64,000 bases of DNA. Source: a virus (taxonomy: Duplodnaviria > Caudoviricetes). The notes under the pieces are model-generated. The model did not search any database. It was not told the origin of the DNA and saw nothing but the letters and a program-made list of their open reading frames with translations. The stretch is taken from IMG/VR virus record IMGVR_UViG_3300016744_000001; one strand, written 5' to 3'. Shown here piece by piece: positions 18,825-27,522 of this stretch. Within the stretch, counting starts at the first letter, position 1. The number at the start of each line of letters is the position of its first letter. Made by a program: the position numbers and the translations under genes.

Positions 18825-20156
18825 ATGCAACTGATTACCTTAAAGAATGGTACTCAGCTTAAGTTCGATCCAGTCAGCGTTAAGTTCTTCCAGATGGACG
18901 GTACTCCGATCACGGTCAGGAATGATATCAATGCTGATCAAGATTGTTCCAAAGTGAGTAACCAACTGAACATGCACATGCATGCGAACACAAGATTCGA
19001 CAACCCGAAAAACTTGCGTATCGTTCTTGGGCACGCCTGCAACTTCAAGTGCAAATACTGCAGTCAGAGTCACTCACCTCTTGACCTGCCCCCGGCCAAA
19101 CAAGTTAGCAAGTTCATGATGGACTTGTTCAAAACGACTAATCTTTCCCAGTTGAAGGTTATCCAATTCTGGGGTGGTGAACCACTGCTGTACTGGCCAA
19201 CCATCTGCTTCTTTATGGATGCATTCCGGGAGATCAATCCCAACATTGGGTTCTCTATCGTGACCAATGGTAGTTTGATCACCAAGCGCATGGGCGATGT
19301 CATTCTGAACGACGACCAGTTTGGTTTCATCCTTTCTCATGACGGTCCGGGTCAACATCTCCGTGGGATTGATCCATTGGCTCTGGGTTCTCGTACCAGA
19401 GACATCCTGTTACAGTTGGCAAAGGAAAAGGTGCCCAACCAACACCGGAAGTACTTGAATGAAGGAAGGAACTTTGCAGTCAATCCGGTGATCACCTCAG
19501 CTGTGGGTTCACTCACATCCTTGGTAGAATGGTACGACAAAGCCTTTGAAGGTTGCGAAGTACCAATCGCTGAATCAATTCCTGTGATCCCAATCCAAGA
19601 CGACACGGCACAATACGCGCTGCATCATGACGATCTACCCAAGTATACAGCGATGATCTACCACGATCTACTGAAGCTTGGGTTGCATCGTTTTGACAAC
19701 TACAAGATGCTGTATGATCTCTTCCTTCAGAAGTGGTCACTTCCGCAATTCTTGGTGAACCCCAAAAAAGCTTTGTGCTTCACCACCGATCCATACATGC
19801 TGACATTGGACCTGAATGGTAACATCTTACCATGCCAGACTTTTGCAGCTTCGGATCATCTTGGTAATGGGGAACCAGCATCTTACAGTAACCTGCTGGA
19901 TTTTGGTGACAAGACTGATCCCACCACAACCGGACCAGACATCAAAATGCCAACAGTTCATGGTTATGGTAGCCGAGGTAGTAAGTGTAGTAACTGCCCA
20001 GTAGTTTCTTTCTGCATGGGTGGTTGTCCTTACCTTGTTGGTGCACAACACGACATTGACTGCCGTGTCAAGTACCATCATTTCCTTGGACTACTGTTTA
20101 CCTTTGTCACAATGGCCTTTGGTGAAAAGGTCCTCAAAATCGAAACCCTCGATTGA
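18825..20156 (+). CDS. radical SAM/SPASM domain protein
   Basis: CNFKCKYC, FWGGEPLL, VTNG, SHDGPGQ; SPASM C...PC...CSNCPVVSFCMGGC...C; paralog of 17581-18819. Confidence 0.95.
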   Translation: MQLITLKNGTQLKFDPVSVKFFQMDGTPITVRNDINADQDCSKVSNQLNMHMHANTRFDNPKNLRIVLGHACNFKCKYCSQSHSPLDLPPAKQVSKFMMDLFKTTNLSQLKVIQFWGGEPLLYWPTICFFMDAFREINPNIGFSIVTNGSLITKRMGDVILNDDQFGFILSHDGPGQHLRGIDPLALGSRTRDILLQLAKEKVPNQHRKYLNEGRNFAVNPVITSAVGSLTSLVEWYDKAFEGCEVPIAESIPVIPIQDDTAQYALHHDDLPKYTAMIYHDLLKLGLHRFDNYKMLYDLFLQKWSLPQFLVNPKKALCFTTDPYMLTLDLNGNILPCQTFAASDHLGNGEPASYSNLLDFGDKTDPTTTGPDIKMPTVHGYGSRGSKCSNCPVVSFCMGGCPYLVGAQHDIDCRVKYHHFLGLLFTFVTMAFGEKVLKIETLD

Positions 20157-20161
20157 TGACT

Positions 20162-20189
20162 ATCCCTGCTAGGCTATCCTAGCAGGGAT
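20162..20189. terminator. hairpin ending the rSAM island
   Basis: atccctgctagg-ctat-cctagcagggat. Confidence 0.7.
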
Positions 20190-20193
20190 GTCT

Positions 20194-20472
20194 TTACTTG
20201 CATTTCATTGGCTGTGCTGGTTGAGTGCTAAATGATGGTACATCAAACAACTGCAGCATGAACCCCTTTTCATGAATGAGTACTACAACACCATTGACGC
20301 ACCACATGTCAATGTTGGCTCCCCAGCTTTTCGAAGATTTGAAATGATCCATTTCTCTGATGGGCTTGTCTTCGATTGTTGCTGCAATCACTGCCTCAGT
20401 TGCAATCTGGTCAGTAGCAACACCACAAAGAACTACCAACAAAACAATGAGTTTAAAAATAAACTTCCGCAT
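20194..20472 (-). CDS. small exported/membrane-anchored protein
   Basis: Basic then hydrophobic N-terminus MRKFIFKLIVLLVVLCGVA; AGGAG upstream. Confidence 0.6.
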   Translation of the reverse strand: MRKFIFKLIVLLVVLCGVATDQIATEAVIAATIEDKPIREMDHFKSSKSWGANIDMWCVNGVVVLIHEKGFMLQLFDVPSFSTQPAQPMKCK

Positions 20473-20534
20473 ACATGTTCTCCTTTATATAACCGTACCA
20501 TCAAATACCAATTCAACGAAAGGTCTTTCCACGA

Positions 20535-20542
20535 TATATTAC
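20535..20542 (+). promoter_or_regulatory. phiKZ-type early promoter motif TATATTAC
   Basis: Exact motif in the intergenic region upstream of ORF 20620. Confidence 0.55.
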
Positions 20543-20619
20543 AACCTTGAACGTATGCTGTGGATCTTTACGACAATTCTTGATTGTATACAGAAATCTC
20601 TGCTAAAGAGGAGTGTTTG

Positions 20620-21744
20620 ATGAAAAGTCAACAGTTCATCTACGTTGATGCGCATCCAAAAGAACTGAAGGATGACTCGCAATATAAGTGTCTTGGTACC
20701 GTTGAGATCAGTGATGTGTTCTACACGGTTGAAGTGGATGGTCGCATCCAGCTCAAGCTGGTTACTTCTGCTCCGGGCTGGGCCAAGATTCTCAATGACT
20801 GTACACAATTTAACACCGAGACCATCTGCGCTGTTCTGATGGATACGGAAGATGTCACCATCGGTGACTCGTTCGAAGTCTTTCGTTTAATGGACAATGG
20901 ACGCACTGAACTGAAAGAACAGGAGAACGAGTACTTCAACCTCAGTGCCAAGGATGATGAGAACCATCTGGTCTTTCGTTGGCGGTTGAAATCAAGGTAT
21001 CATGGTGACCCTGAAAAGCACACCACCCGAACGGCCTCTGTCGTCTATGGACCTCGGTTCTGCCCAATCTGTGGGGAGGAGCTGGACATTGATGAAACGA
21101 TCGGTGATCCCATCTGTCCGAATAGTAACTGCCGAATCTACAAGTATCTGGCGATTACTCGTTTCTTAAATGTCGCTTGCAGGTTGCCACAGCATCAACG
21201 GTTTGGTCGTCTCCTTGTTGACCATCAAGTGATTGGGTCAACAGCGGATATTTTCGAAGTGCTTTCCAGCAAGAAGTCCTTGCTTCAGCAGTACGGAAAT
21301 CCACAGTACGTCAAAACGTTTATTGACGACCTGTCATCAATCAAAGGAACAATCACTCTCGCTGACTGGGTGAACTCCCTTCCGACACTGCGTCATGACT
21401 TCTACATGGTGGAGAAACCGCTTGTCAAGATCTGTCAACCCGCCGGCAATGTTGTCAATCTGAAGAACTACCTGTGTGCAACTGCGCTCAACAAGGATTT
21501 TGGGAGTAACCCAGTAAACCTCGTGAACTGGGTGGACGACTTGTTCAGTGATGTCATCTATGCTGATGACACTACTGAATTTGCAGATTGGCGGGAATCC
21601 CAAACGAAGAAGATCTTGAAGTACATGTCGGTTCCTGTCTTCTTCAGCCTTGCAGAAGTTTTCAACTATGGCCATCCGTCAGAAGAAGACTATCCCACAA
21701 CATTGGAAAAGCTCCAACGTCTTGGAGTATTCAAAACCAGTTAG
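20620..21744 (+). CDS. C4 zinc-finger protein resembling the C-terminal half of NAD-dependent DNA ligase
   Basis: P.FCPICGEEL...CPNSNC...ITRF...L.D...I.STADIF as in the LigA Zn-finger/HhH region; no KxDG motif seen. Confidence 0.5.
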   Translation: MKSQQFIYVDAHPKELKDDSQYKCLGTVEISDVFYTVEVDGRIQLKLVTSAPGWAKILNDCTQFNTETICAVLMDTEDVTIGDSFEVFRLMDNGRTELKEQENEYFNLSAKDDENHLVFRWRLKSRYHGDPEKHTTRTASVVYGPRFCPICGEELDIDETIGDPICPNSNCRIYKYLAITRFLNVACRLPQHQRFGRLLVDHQVIGSTADIFEVLSSKKSLLQQYGNPQYVKTFIDDLSSIKGTITLADWVNSLPTLRHDFYMVEKPLVKICQPAGNVVNLKNYLCATALNKDFGSNPVNLVNWVDDLFSDVIYADDTTEFADWRESQTKKILKYMSVPVFFSLAEVFNYGHPSEEDYPTTLEKLQRLGVFKTS

Positions 21745-21786
21745 GAATAATCACTGATTTCGATTTGGTGAAACACTGAATAGAAA

Positions 21787-21794
21787 TATATTAC
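21787..21794 (+). promoter_or_regulatory. phiKZ-type early promoter motif TATATTAC
   Basis: Exact motif upstream of ORF 21904. Confidence 0.55.
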
Positions 21795-21903
21795 AACATT
21801 GTGGTCCTGTCAGGAAAGTAAATCTATACTTCTTGGTGGTATCACATGCTGTTAACAGCGGTATGGTTTATCAACACAAACACTTTCCATGGAGAACAGA
21901 GTC

Positions 21904-22431
21904 ATGAGTACCGAAAAAATCGCCAGCAATGATCCCAACCGTATTGAAGCCCTTTCCAAGAAAATGCGCGAAGGCGCCACCGTGGCCGCCCCCGAAAAGG
22001 GCAAAGAACACATTGCTGAGCTTGAAGTTCCCGAAGCTATCATCCTTGAAGCCCTTGGCGAACGCGGCATCACGCGTGACCAGATCAAAGAAGTCGCCAC
22101 CGGCGTCGTCGAACTGACCCGCGCTGCCCATCACTGCGCCACCGTGCACAACATCGATCGCATCAAAACCGCCGTCAAATCCAAGACCGATCCCCGCAAC
22201 TTCGAAACCCGTGTGTCCGGCAATGTCGGCCGCTCCCTGCAGATCAACGCCTCGTCCAAAGCCATGCGCGAAGGCGAAATCACCACGCCTACCGGTGAAA
22301 AGAAATCCTACCGCACCTTCGGCACCGGCAAGGGTCAGGCAATCATGGGCGGTGGCCTTGGTGCCGCCATGTCCAGCGACCTGGCTGAAAAAGTCAAGAA
22401 CGCCTTCGACGGCTGCGAATACCTGAAGTAA
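21904..22431 (+). CDS. hypothetical protein, probably highly expressed
   Basis: GGAG RBS; strong C-ending codon bias like the capsid gene; ends at a hairpin. Confidence 0.8.
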   Translation: MSTEKIASNDPNRIEALSKKMREGATVAAPEKGKEHIAELEVPEAIILEALGERGITRDQIKEVATGVVELTRAAHHCATVHNIDRIKTAVKSKTDPRNFETRVSGNVGRSLQINASSKAMREGEITTPTGEKKSYRTFGTGKGQAIMGGGLGAAMSSDLAEKVKNAFDGCEYLK

Positions 22432-22450
22432 GCGCCCTTCCCCGGCACGT

Positions 22451-22486
22451 GTACCACCCTGCAGCTGCTTGGCTGCAGGGTGGTAC
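22451..22486. terminator. intergenic hairpin
   Basis: gtaccaccctgcagc-tgcttg-gctgcagggtggtac. Confidence 0.7.
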
Positions 22487-22583
22487 TATCTACTTAAACA
22501 TGTGAATGAAATTTTTTCTACCGATATATCACTGCTCAGGATACCATCCTCAACATTTTAACATTACCTAAAAAGGATCTATC

Positions 22584-23216
22584 ATGAGCACCGCAGACTT
22601 CAGCAAACTGCTTCCTGTCATCCGTGAACTTGAAGCAATGGATTGGGCAGAACGTGCCTTGATCGCCAAGGCCATCAACCACATCAACATGCAGGTCGAC
22701 TTGATTGTCGACTACCCCAAGCTTGAAGAGCTGGAAGAACGCTTCGCGCAGCACCTTGAAAGTCGCCAGATCAGCGACATCCTCACCGGCCGTCTCCCAC
22801 TGGACCAGGTCAACGACGAACTGTTTGAAAAGCTCGGCAAGGACCCCAGGTTTGAATACCTGCTGATCGAGCGGTTCAAGCAGCTTGGCATCAACCTCAA
22901 CGACCACGAAGGTCTCCTTGACCGCTGGGTCAACAGCGACAACCGTGATGCCATGGTCACCCACACCACGGGTATCCCCAGCCATGGTGAAAACAGTGGC
23001 ATCCCCATCGAAGACTCCAACAACTTCGCGATCCCGCCGACTGAGCATTCGCTCATGACAGCTGACAGCGCTGCGCAGACTGAAGGGTCTGTGCAGAGCG
23101 CTGATCCCGCCGGCAATCCGGTGACCATCGTTGGTGCTGAACAGGTCAGCACCACGGCTTCTGCCACCACTGACATCAACACCCGGACCGCAAATCGGCA
23201 TTCCGGAAAAAAATAG
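22584..23216 (+). CDS. hypothetical protein with possible -1 frameshift extension to 23419
   Basis: AAGGA RBS; ends GGA AAA AAA TAG; the -1 frame is open for 68 codons. Confidence 0.8.
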   Translation: MSTADFSKLLPVIRELEAMDWAERALIAKAINHINMQVDLIVDYPKLEELEERFAQHLESRQISDILTGRLPLDQVNDELFEKLGKDPRFEYLLIERFKQLGINLNDHEGLLDRWVNSDNRDAMVTHTTGIPSHGENSGIPIEDSNNFAIPPTEHSLMTADSAAQTEGSVQSADPAGNPVTIVGAEQVSTTASATTDINTRTANRHSGKK

Positions 23217-23430
23217 CCGGGGATAGGAATGGCCGACCTCGTGCTCGGCACTTCCGGTCTCCGTCCCCTATGAGAAAAACCGCAGTAGCGGAGACACCTG
23301 CGGATGACGCAGTTGATCACCAGACTACCAACTCTGTGGTTGACAATTGCGCATCAAACAAACTTCAAGTGGATTCGGTCCCAGCGATCGATCCCTCCTT
23401 GCTGGATTGTGGAACGTAGTGCACTACAAA

Positions 23431-23464
23431 CATCTGGGTACCAGGATTTCCTGGTACCCAGATG
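23431..23464. terminator. hairpin between convergent genes
   Basis: catctgggtaccagga-tt-tcctggtacccagatg. Confidence 0.7.
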
Positions 23465-23465
23465 G

Positions 23466-24164
23466 CTACGTCAAGTAAGGCGATTTATATTTACATTTCT
23501 TCAACAACTTCTTCACAGTCTTTGTAAAGGAAGTCATCCGTGGTTCCAATACTTTTGCATCCAGCATTGGTTTCCACAACTTTGAAAAGGTAAAGCCAAT
23601 GCTTATCGCATCAATGCTGTGTTCTGTGAACAAAGCACTGTCAGGCATTTTACCTACTTTAAACCCACGAAAGGTTATTTCTTTTTGTTGTACACGACAG
23701 TTAAGTGCCGTGGTCATATCGTCTTTTGTCGCTTTACCACCAAGCTCATGTGACATCACTTTCTTGATCAATGTGGGTGGAGTTTTGAATACTCGCGCTG
23801 TCACTGGATCAATGAGTATACCTTCTTCATACATTCCGTGTAAGGTTGATTCCATCGCGTAGATGGCAATCAGCAACGAAATAAATGCATTTGGACGAGA
23901 AGGATTGTAGAACGCATCTTCACTAGCGATGTAGTCTGGTTTGTACATCATCACCAATTCTCGAATTGTTCTACCTATTACCTTACCACACAGTACTCGA
24001 TCTGAGTACCACTTGTGGTCTTTACGATACCTGCTTTCTTTTGGGTAAGCAGATGGGTAAAGTGTGTTATGCTCAAATACTTCAAAATTGTTATCAGTGA
24101 CTTGACTAAACGCATACCCAAAGGAATTAGTTCCCGGGTCAATTGATAAAACTGTATAGGTCAT
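23466..24164 (-). CDS. ruvC: RuvC-like Holliday junction resolvase
   Basis: VLSIDPGTNSFGYA, IASEDAFY, PTLIKK, GKATKDDM, EHSIDAISIG acidic catalytic motifs. Confidence 0.88.
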   Translation of the reverse strand: MTYTVLSIDPGTNSFGYAFSQVTDNNFEVFEHNTLYPSAYPKESRYRKDHKWYSDRVLCGKVIGRTIRELVMMYKPDYIASEDAFYNPSRPNAFISLLIAIYAMESTLHGMYEEGILIDPVTARVFKTPPTLIKKVMSHELGGKATKDDMTTALNCRVQQKEITFRGFKVGKMPDSALFTEHSIDAISIGFTFSKLWKPMLDAKVLEPRMTSFTKTVKKLLKKCKYKSPYLT

Positions 24165-24228
24165 TGTAAAACTCCAACAGTGGTATTCACTGTATAATCA
24201 CAATCCAGTCGAAACTAACGAGGGATAT

Positions 24229-24906
24229 ATGGAAGTCATCGACCAGATCTTGGATTCTCCACTGAAGAAATTTGATTCGTACTACGTACCGATCTTAACA
24301 CAAATACGAGATTGCATCCTTGCAAACTCCACAAAACGGGCATCTCGGGATGCTGAATTTGAGACGTTGAGGAAAGCAGTGTCAATACTGCAATTGGTTC
24401 CAGCCGAGGTCATGAAGCATTGCGAATTCGTGAGGACATCAAAGAACCTGCGAATGACCATTGCTCACTCTCGAAATTTTAAAGAACATGACTCACACAC
24501 AGCAACTCCACCAACTCCAGAAGAAATCAGAGTTATTGAAGATACCATGCGGTTGATTTTCAAACTCTTCCGGACAAAGAAAGTTGATAATGTTCAACTC
24601 GAACACCCAGTGACAACATTCAGTCACAATGGTCAAGCGGTCAGAATACCGCAAGATGATTTCATCATCTACACAATCACGTTTCATGGTGGGTCAAGTC
24701 TGGTGATTAACCTTTCACCACAGCAAATACACATCAACTTTTACAACACGCTGGGTCCGATAAAAATATCCCAAGAAGTAGTGTTGTTTGATATCTTTCT
24801 GGAGCAAAACATCCTGATCTCGATCATACGACTCATGATCAATTGTTGTTTCTTTGCCGGATTTGATGATAACCCCATCATAAATCCATCTGAAAATGGA
24901 GAATGA
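24229..24906 (+). CDS. hypothetical protein (tandem paralog array, member 1)
   Basis: 225 aa; PILTQIRDCIL...EFETL motif. Confidence 0.7.
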   Translation: MEVIDQILDSPLKKFDSYYVPILTQIRDCILANSTKRASRDAEFETLRKAVSILQLVPAEVMKHCEFVRTSKNLRMTIAHSRNFKEHDSHTATPPTPEEIRVIEDTMRLIFKLFRTKKVDNVQLEHPVTTFSHNGQAVRIPQDDFIIYTITFHGGSSLVINLSPQQIHINFYNTLGPIKISQEVVLFDIFLEQNILISIIRLMINCCFFAGFDDNPIINPSENGE

Positions 24907-24909
24907 TCA

Positions 24910-25533
24910 ATGAACCCACAGATTCAGAAGTTGCTGCATACTCAGTTTCAAGATCTGATCTTGTCTGATCTTCAGCACAACACATTTGCTGAAAAATCCC
25001 CAATAAGCCTTAACACGATGCTTGAGATGGTCAACTTCATTGATGCCACAATCGCAGTTGAAGTCCCACTGGAGCAAATCTTTGACTTGGCCGACAACGG
25101 TCTCACCAATGAAGACTTCAGTGAAAACTACACGCATCTGTGGTTGCAGCTTAACGAAGAACTTCGGGATGGTGGGCTCTCTGGATTTAATCCAGAACCA
25201 GTTAGTCGGGAACACACTCCTGCTGGTAAACTTGACCTAGCCGGCGGTGAGTTCAAGGTCCTACCTGATGGGGTTACGGCTTTTTTCCTACTTCGTAACC
25301 CCACAACCAATGACCATTACAAGTTCACGCATCGAACCTTCCAGATGTACGAAGGTAGTCAATTTGGTCAAATGACTAAATACGTTGGGACAACGAATCC
25401 CATGATCAACCTGTTTATTCAGTACTACTTCTGGAAAAGCTTAGCCGTATCTTGCCATCCTAATTTTAGTGAAAAAGGCAAGGACCATTATCGAAACCTC
25501 AAGCAGATGCTTATACTTCAGCATCTACTCTAA
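24910..25533 (+). CDS. hypothetical protein (array member 2)
   Basis: 207 aa; KLLHTQFQDLIL...LNTM. Confidence 0.7.
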   Translation: MNPQIQKLLHTQFQDLILSDLQHNTFAEKSPISLNTMLEMVNFIDATIAVEVPLEQIFDLADNGLTNEDFSENYTHLWLQLNEELRDGGLSGFNPEPVSREHTPAGKLDLAGGEFKVLPDGVTAFFLLRNPTTNDHYKFTHRTFQMYEGSQFGQMTKYVGTTNPMINLFIQYYFWKSLAVSCHPNFSEKGKDHYRNLKQMLILQHLL

Positions 25534-25547
25534 TATACAAGGAGGTA

Positions 25548-26189
25548 GTGATGGCATGGACCATGACGGGGGGCCTGAAAGGACTGCCAATGGAATACAT
25601 CAGCAACCGGTATCCAATGTTTACTGCCGAATACAAACCCATACTTCCGACATGCCGTGTGCTCAAGCCAATTTTACAACAGATCACCGATCTGTTGATT
25701 GCTGACTATGATCAACCTGAAGAAGCAAGGCAACAAGAATGGGAGACCCTTTGTATTGGGATTGCTCATGCTGAAATGACCAAGTCTGAAGTTGCAAACC
25801 ATTTTAAGATTGTGGCAAGCTTAGTGCAGACTTACGGTGTGATGAAAGGTCGTGTCTCACTGGCGATTAAACTTGAAACTAGAAAAGAGCCGCAACCAAA
25901 ACCAATTGATCAAACTGTCTTTGGTGAAGCGATGTCATTTTGGGCAGGACACCCAGACGATGATGGTTTGCGAACAGTGGCAAAAAACCAAGAGGTTGAT
26001 ATTTTTCGGTACGATCATCCGAGTAAGGGCTTTCTATCAACCAACCGAGACAGTTTGATAATCATTTCATCAACGTCAGATAAACAAGTATCGATTTACG
26101 CTGACGGTGGTGTGGCAAGCTATTTTACGGTGCGCTGTACGTATTGGTTTTGTGCTTGGGTGGATAAGCAGAATACTCAAACTTCATAG
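25548..26189 (+). CDS. hypothetical protein (array member 3)
   Basis: 213 aa; PILQQITDLLI...EWETL. Confidence 0.7.
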   Translation: MMAWTMTGGLKGLPMEYISNRYPMFTAEYKPILPTCRVLKPILQQITDLLIADYDQPEEARQQEWETLCIGIAHAEMTKSEVANHFKIVASLVQTYGVMKGRVSLAIKLETRKEPQPKPIDQTVFGEAMSFWAGHPDDDGLRTVAKNQEVDIFRYDHPSKGFLSTNRDSLIIISSTSDKQVSIYADGGVASYFTVRCTYWFCAWVDKQNTQTS

Positions 26190-26197
26190 GAGAAAGC

Positions 26198-26830
26198 ATG
26201 GTCACTGATCAGCTTAAAGATCCGGAAGCTGCCAAACTGTTGAGCAAACAGTTCTTGGATTTGTTCATTGCTTGGATTGATGGTGGTTGGGATGAGAATG
26301 AGACAGCTGTGAAAGCGGAACTCACCACTTTAGTGGAAGCTTTCACCGTCTTAGACTACCATCTGGCAGATATCCTTACCGTCTTTTACCGGCAAGTGAT
26401 TAGCCAGGATATTCCGAAATTCCTGGTTGCTTGGAATTTCTACAGCACCCAAAAATGTGAGCTTAAAGCGACAGAAGAACCGCTGCACGCAGTCATGCAG
26501 TTTAGGGAAAGGTTCTGCCCTTGTCTTAACTGGACGAACCTGAAGGTCATGCGTGAAATTGAGTTTGTGGTCAATTCTCCGAAGGAGGATTCATCAATAA
26601 TTACAAATGTTGGTCTTAAGCTCAACCTTGACAACGCAATCTTCTCAATACTTAAAGACGAAATGGCAGTTAAGACACCAGAAGACATAGACTTCACAAT
26701 CATCCCGATCCAGGAAGATAATGGGTTTATCGTCAAGTTCTTCCACGCCGCGCACTACTTACTGCTGCTTACAATTGTTGAAGTCTGCAATCCAAAAGAA
26801 TCACCACTTCAACTGCAGTACCAGAAGTAG
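26198..26830 (+). CDS. hypothetical protein (array member 4)
   Basis: 210 aa; KLLSKQFLDLFI...ELTTL. Confidence 0.7.
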   Translation: MVTDQLKDPEAAKLLSKQFLDLFIAWIDGGWDENETAVKAELTTLVEAFTVLDYHLADILTVFYRQVISQDIPKFLVAWNFYSTQKCELKATEEPLHAVMQFRERFCPCLNWTNLKVMREIEFVVNSPKEDSSIITNVGLKLNLDNAIFSILKDEMAVKTPEDIDFTIIPIQEDNGFIVKFFHAAHYLLLLTIVEVCNPKESPLQLQYQK

Positions 26831-26832
26831 TC

Positions 26833-27489
26833 ATGACTGGTCAAATGTTGGATCTTTTGCGGTTACACGCAAGAGACGCGTTTGAAGTTTATGTCCACTG
26901 GTCAACTCGACCAGAAAAGATTGGTATCGACAAGCTTGAATACCAAGTGGCGCACAACCTCAACACGTTTCTTCTTGCTGTGGAAACTCTTGAACTAACT
27001 CAACCGCAAATCCTTGATCTATCTGGAATCTACCTCAACGTTAAGTGGGTTCCGGACTTCGGTGAGATCTGGAACAAAGTCACCACTGAAAATGGATTCT
27101 GTTTTGGATCACTTGATTTCCCAGCTGAGGAATACCGTCGTTTCAACAGCAGACTTAAGCGGTACAACACTCAAACTGATTACATCTTTGATCAGAGCAG
27201 TTCAATCAATTTGATCAAACCTTGGAGTGGTGTGATTCCAAGTTTGTTGCTTACTGCAAAAGGCATTCCCCTGCAAATCAAGATTGACTTTAAACGCATC
27301 ACGATTAACCCGGGAAAGAATTCTTTTGTAGTTGAACCGGAATACACAACACACTTTGGACATGTTGTTAACATGTTCCGTCATCTCGTCACAGCACAGC
27401 TTCTCACGAAACTGATCTGGCCTGATGATATACTTCAAGAGCACGAAGCGATCGTTCGTTCATGTCCGTACGAAATACAAAGCGATTGA
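26833..27489 (+). CDS. hypothetical protein (array member 5)
   Basis: 218 aa; NLNTFLLAVETL; ends at a hairpin. Confidence 0.7.
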   Translation: MTGQMLDLLRLHARDAFEVYVHWSTRPEKIGIDKLEYQVAHNLNTFLLAVETLELTQPQILDLSGIYLNVKWVPDFGEIWNKVTTENGFCFGSLDFPAEEYRRFNSRLKRYNTQTDYIFDQSSSINLIKPWSGVIPSLLLTAKGIPLQIKIDFKRITINPGKNSFVVEPEYTTHFGHVVNMFRHLVTAQLLTKLIWPDDILQEHEAIVRSCPYEIQSD

Positions 27490-27520
27490 AGTCTAGGCAG
27501 GGGATTCCCCTGCCTAGACT
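27490..27520. terminator. hairpin between convergent genes
   Basis: agtctaggcagggga-t-tcccctgcctagact. Confidence 0.7.
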
Positions 27521-27522
27521 AA

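Noticed and set aside
11019-20156. Annotating the rSAM genes as anaerobic sulfatase maturases, PqqE, NrdG or QueE
   Set aside because: No sulfatase, pqq, nrdD or queuosine genes are nearby; the full SPASM domains and adjacent Cys-rich genes point elsewhere.
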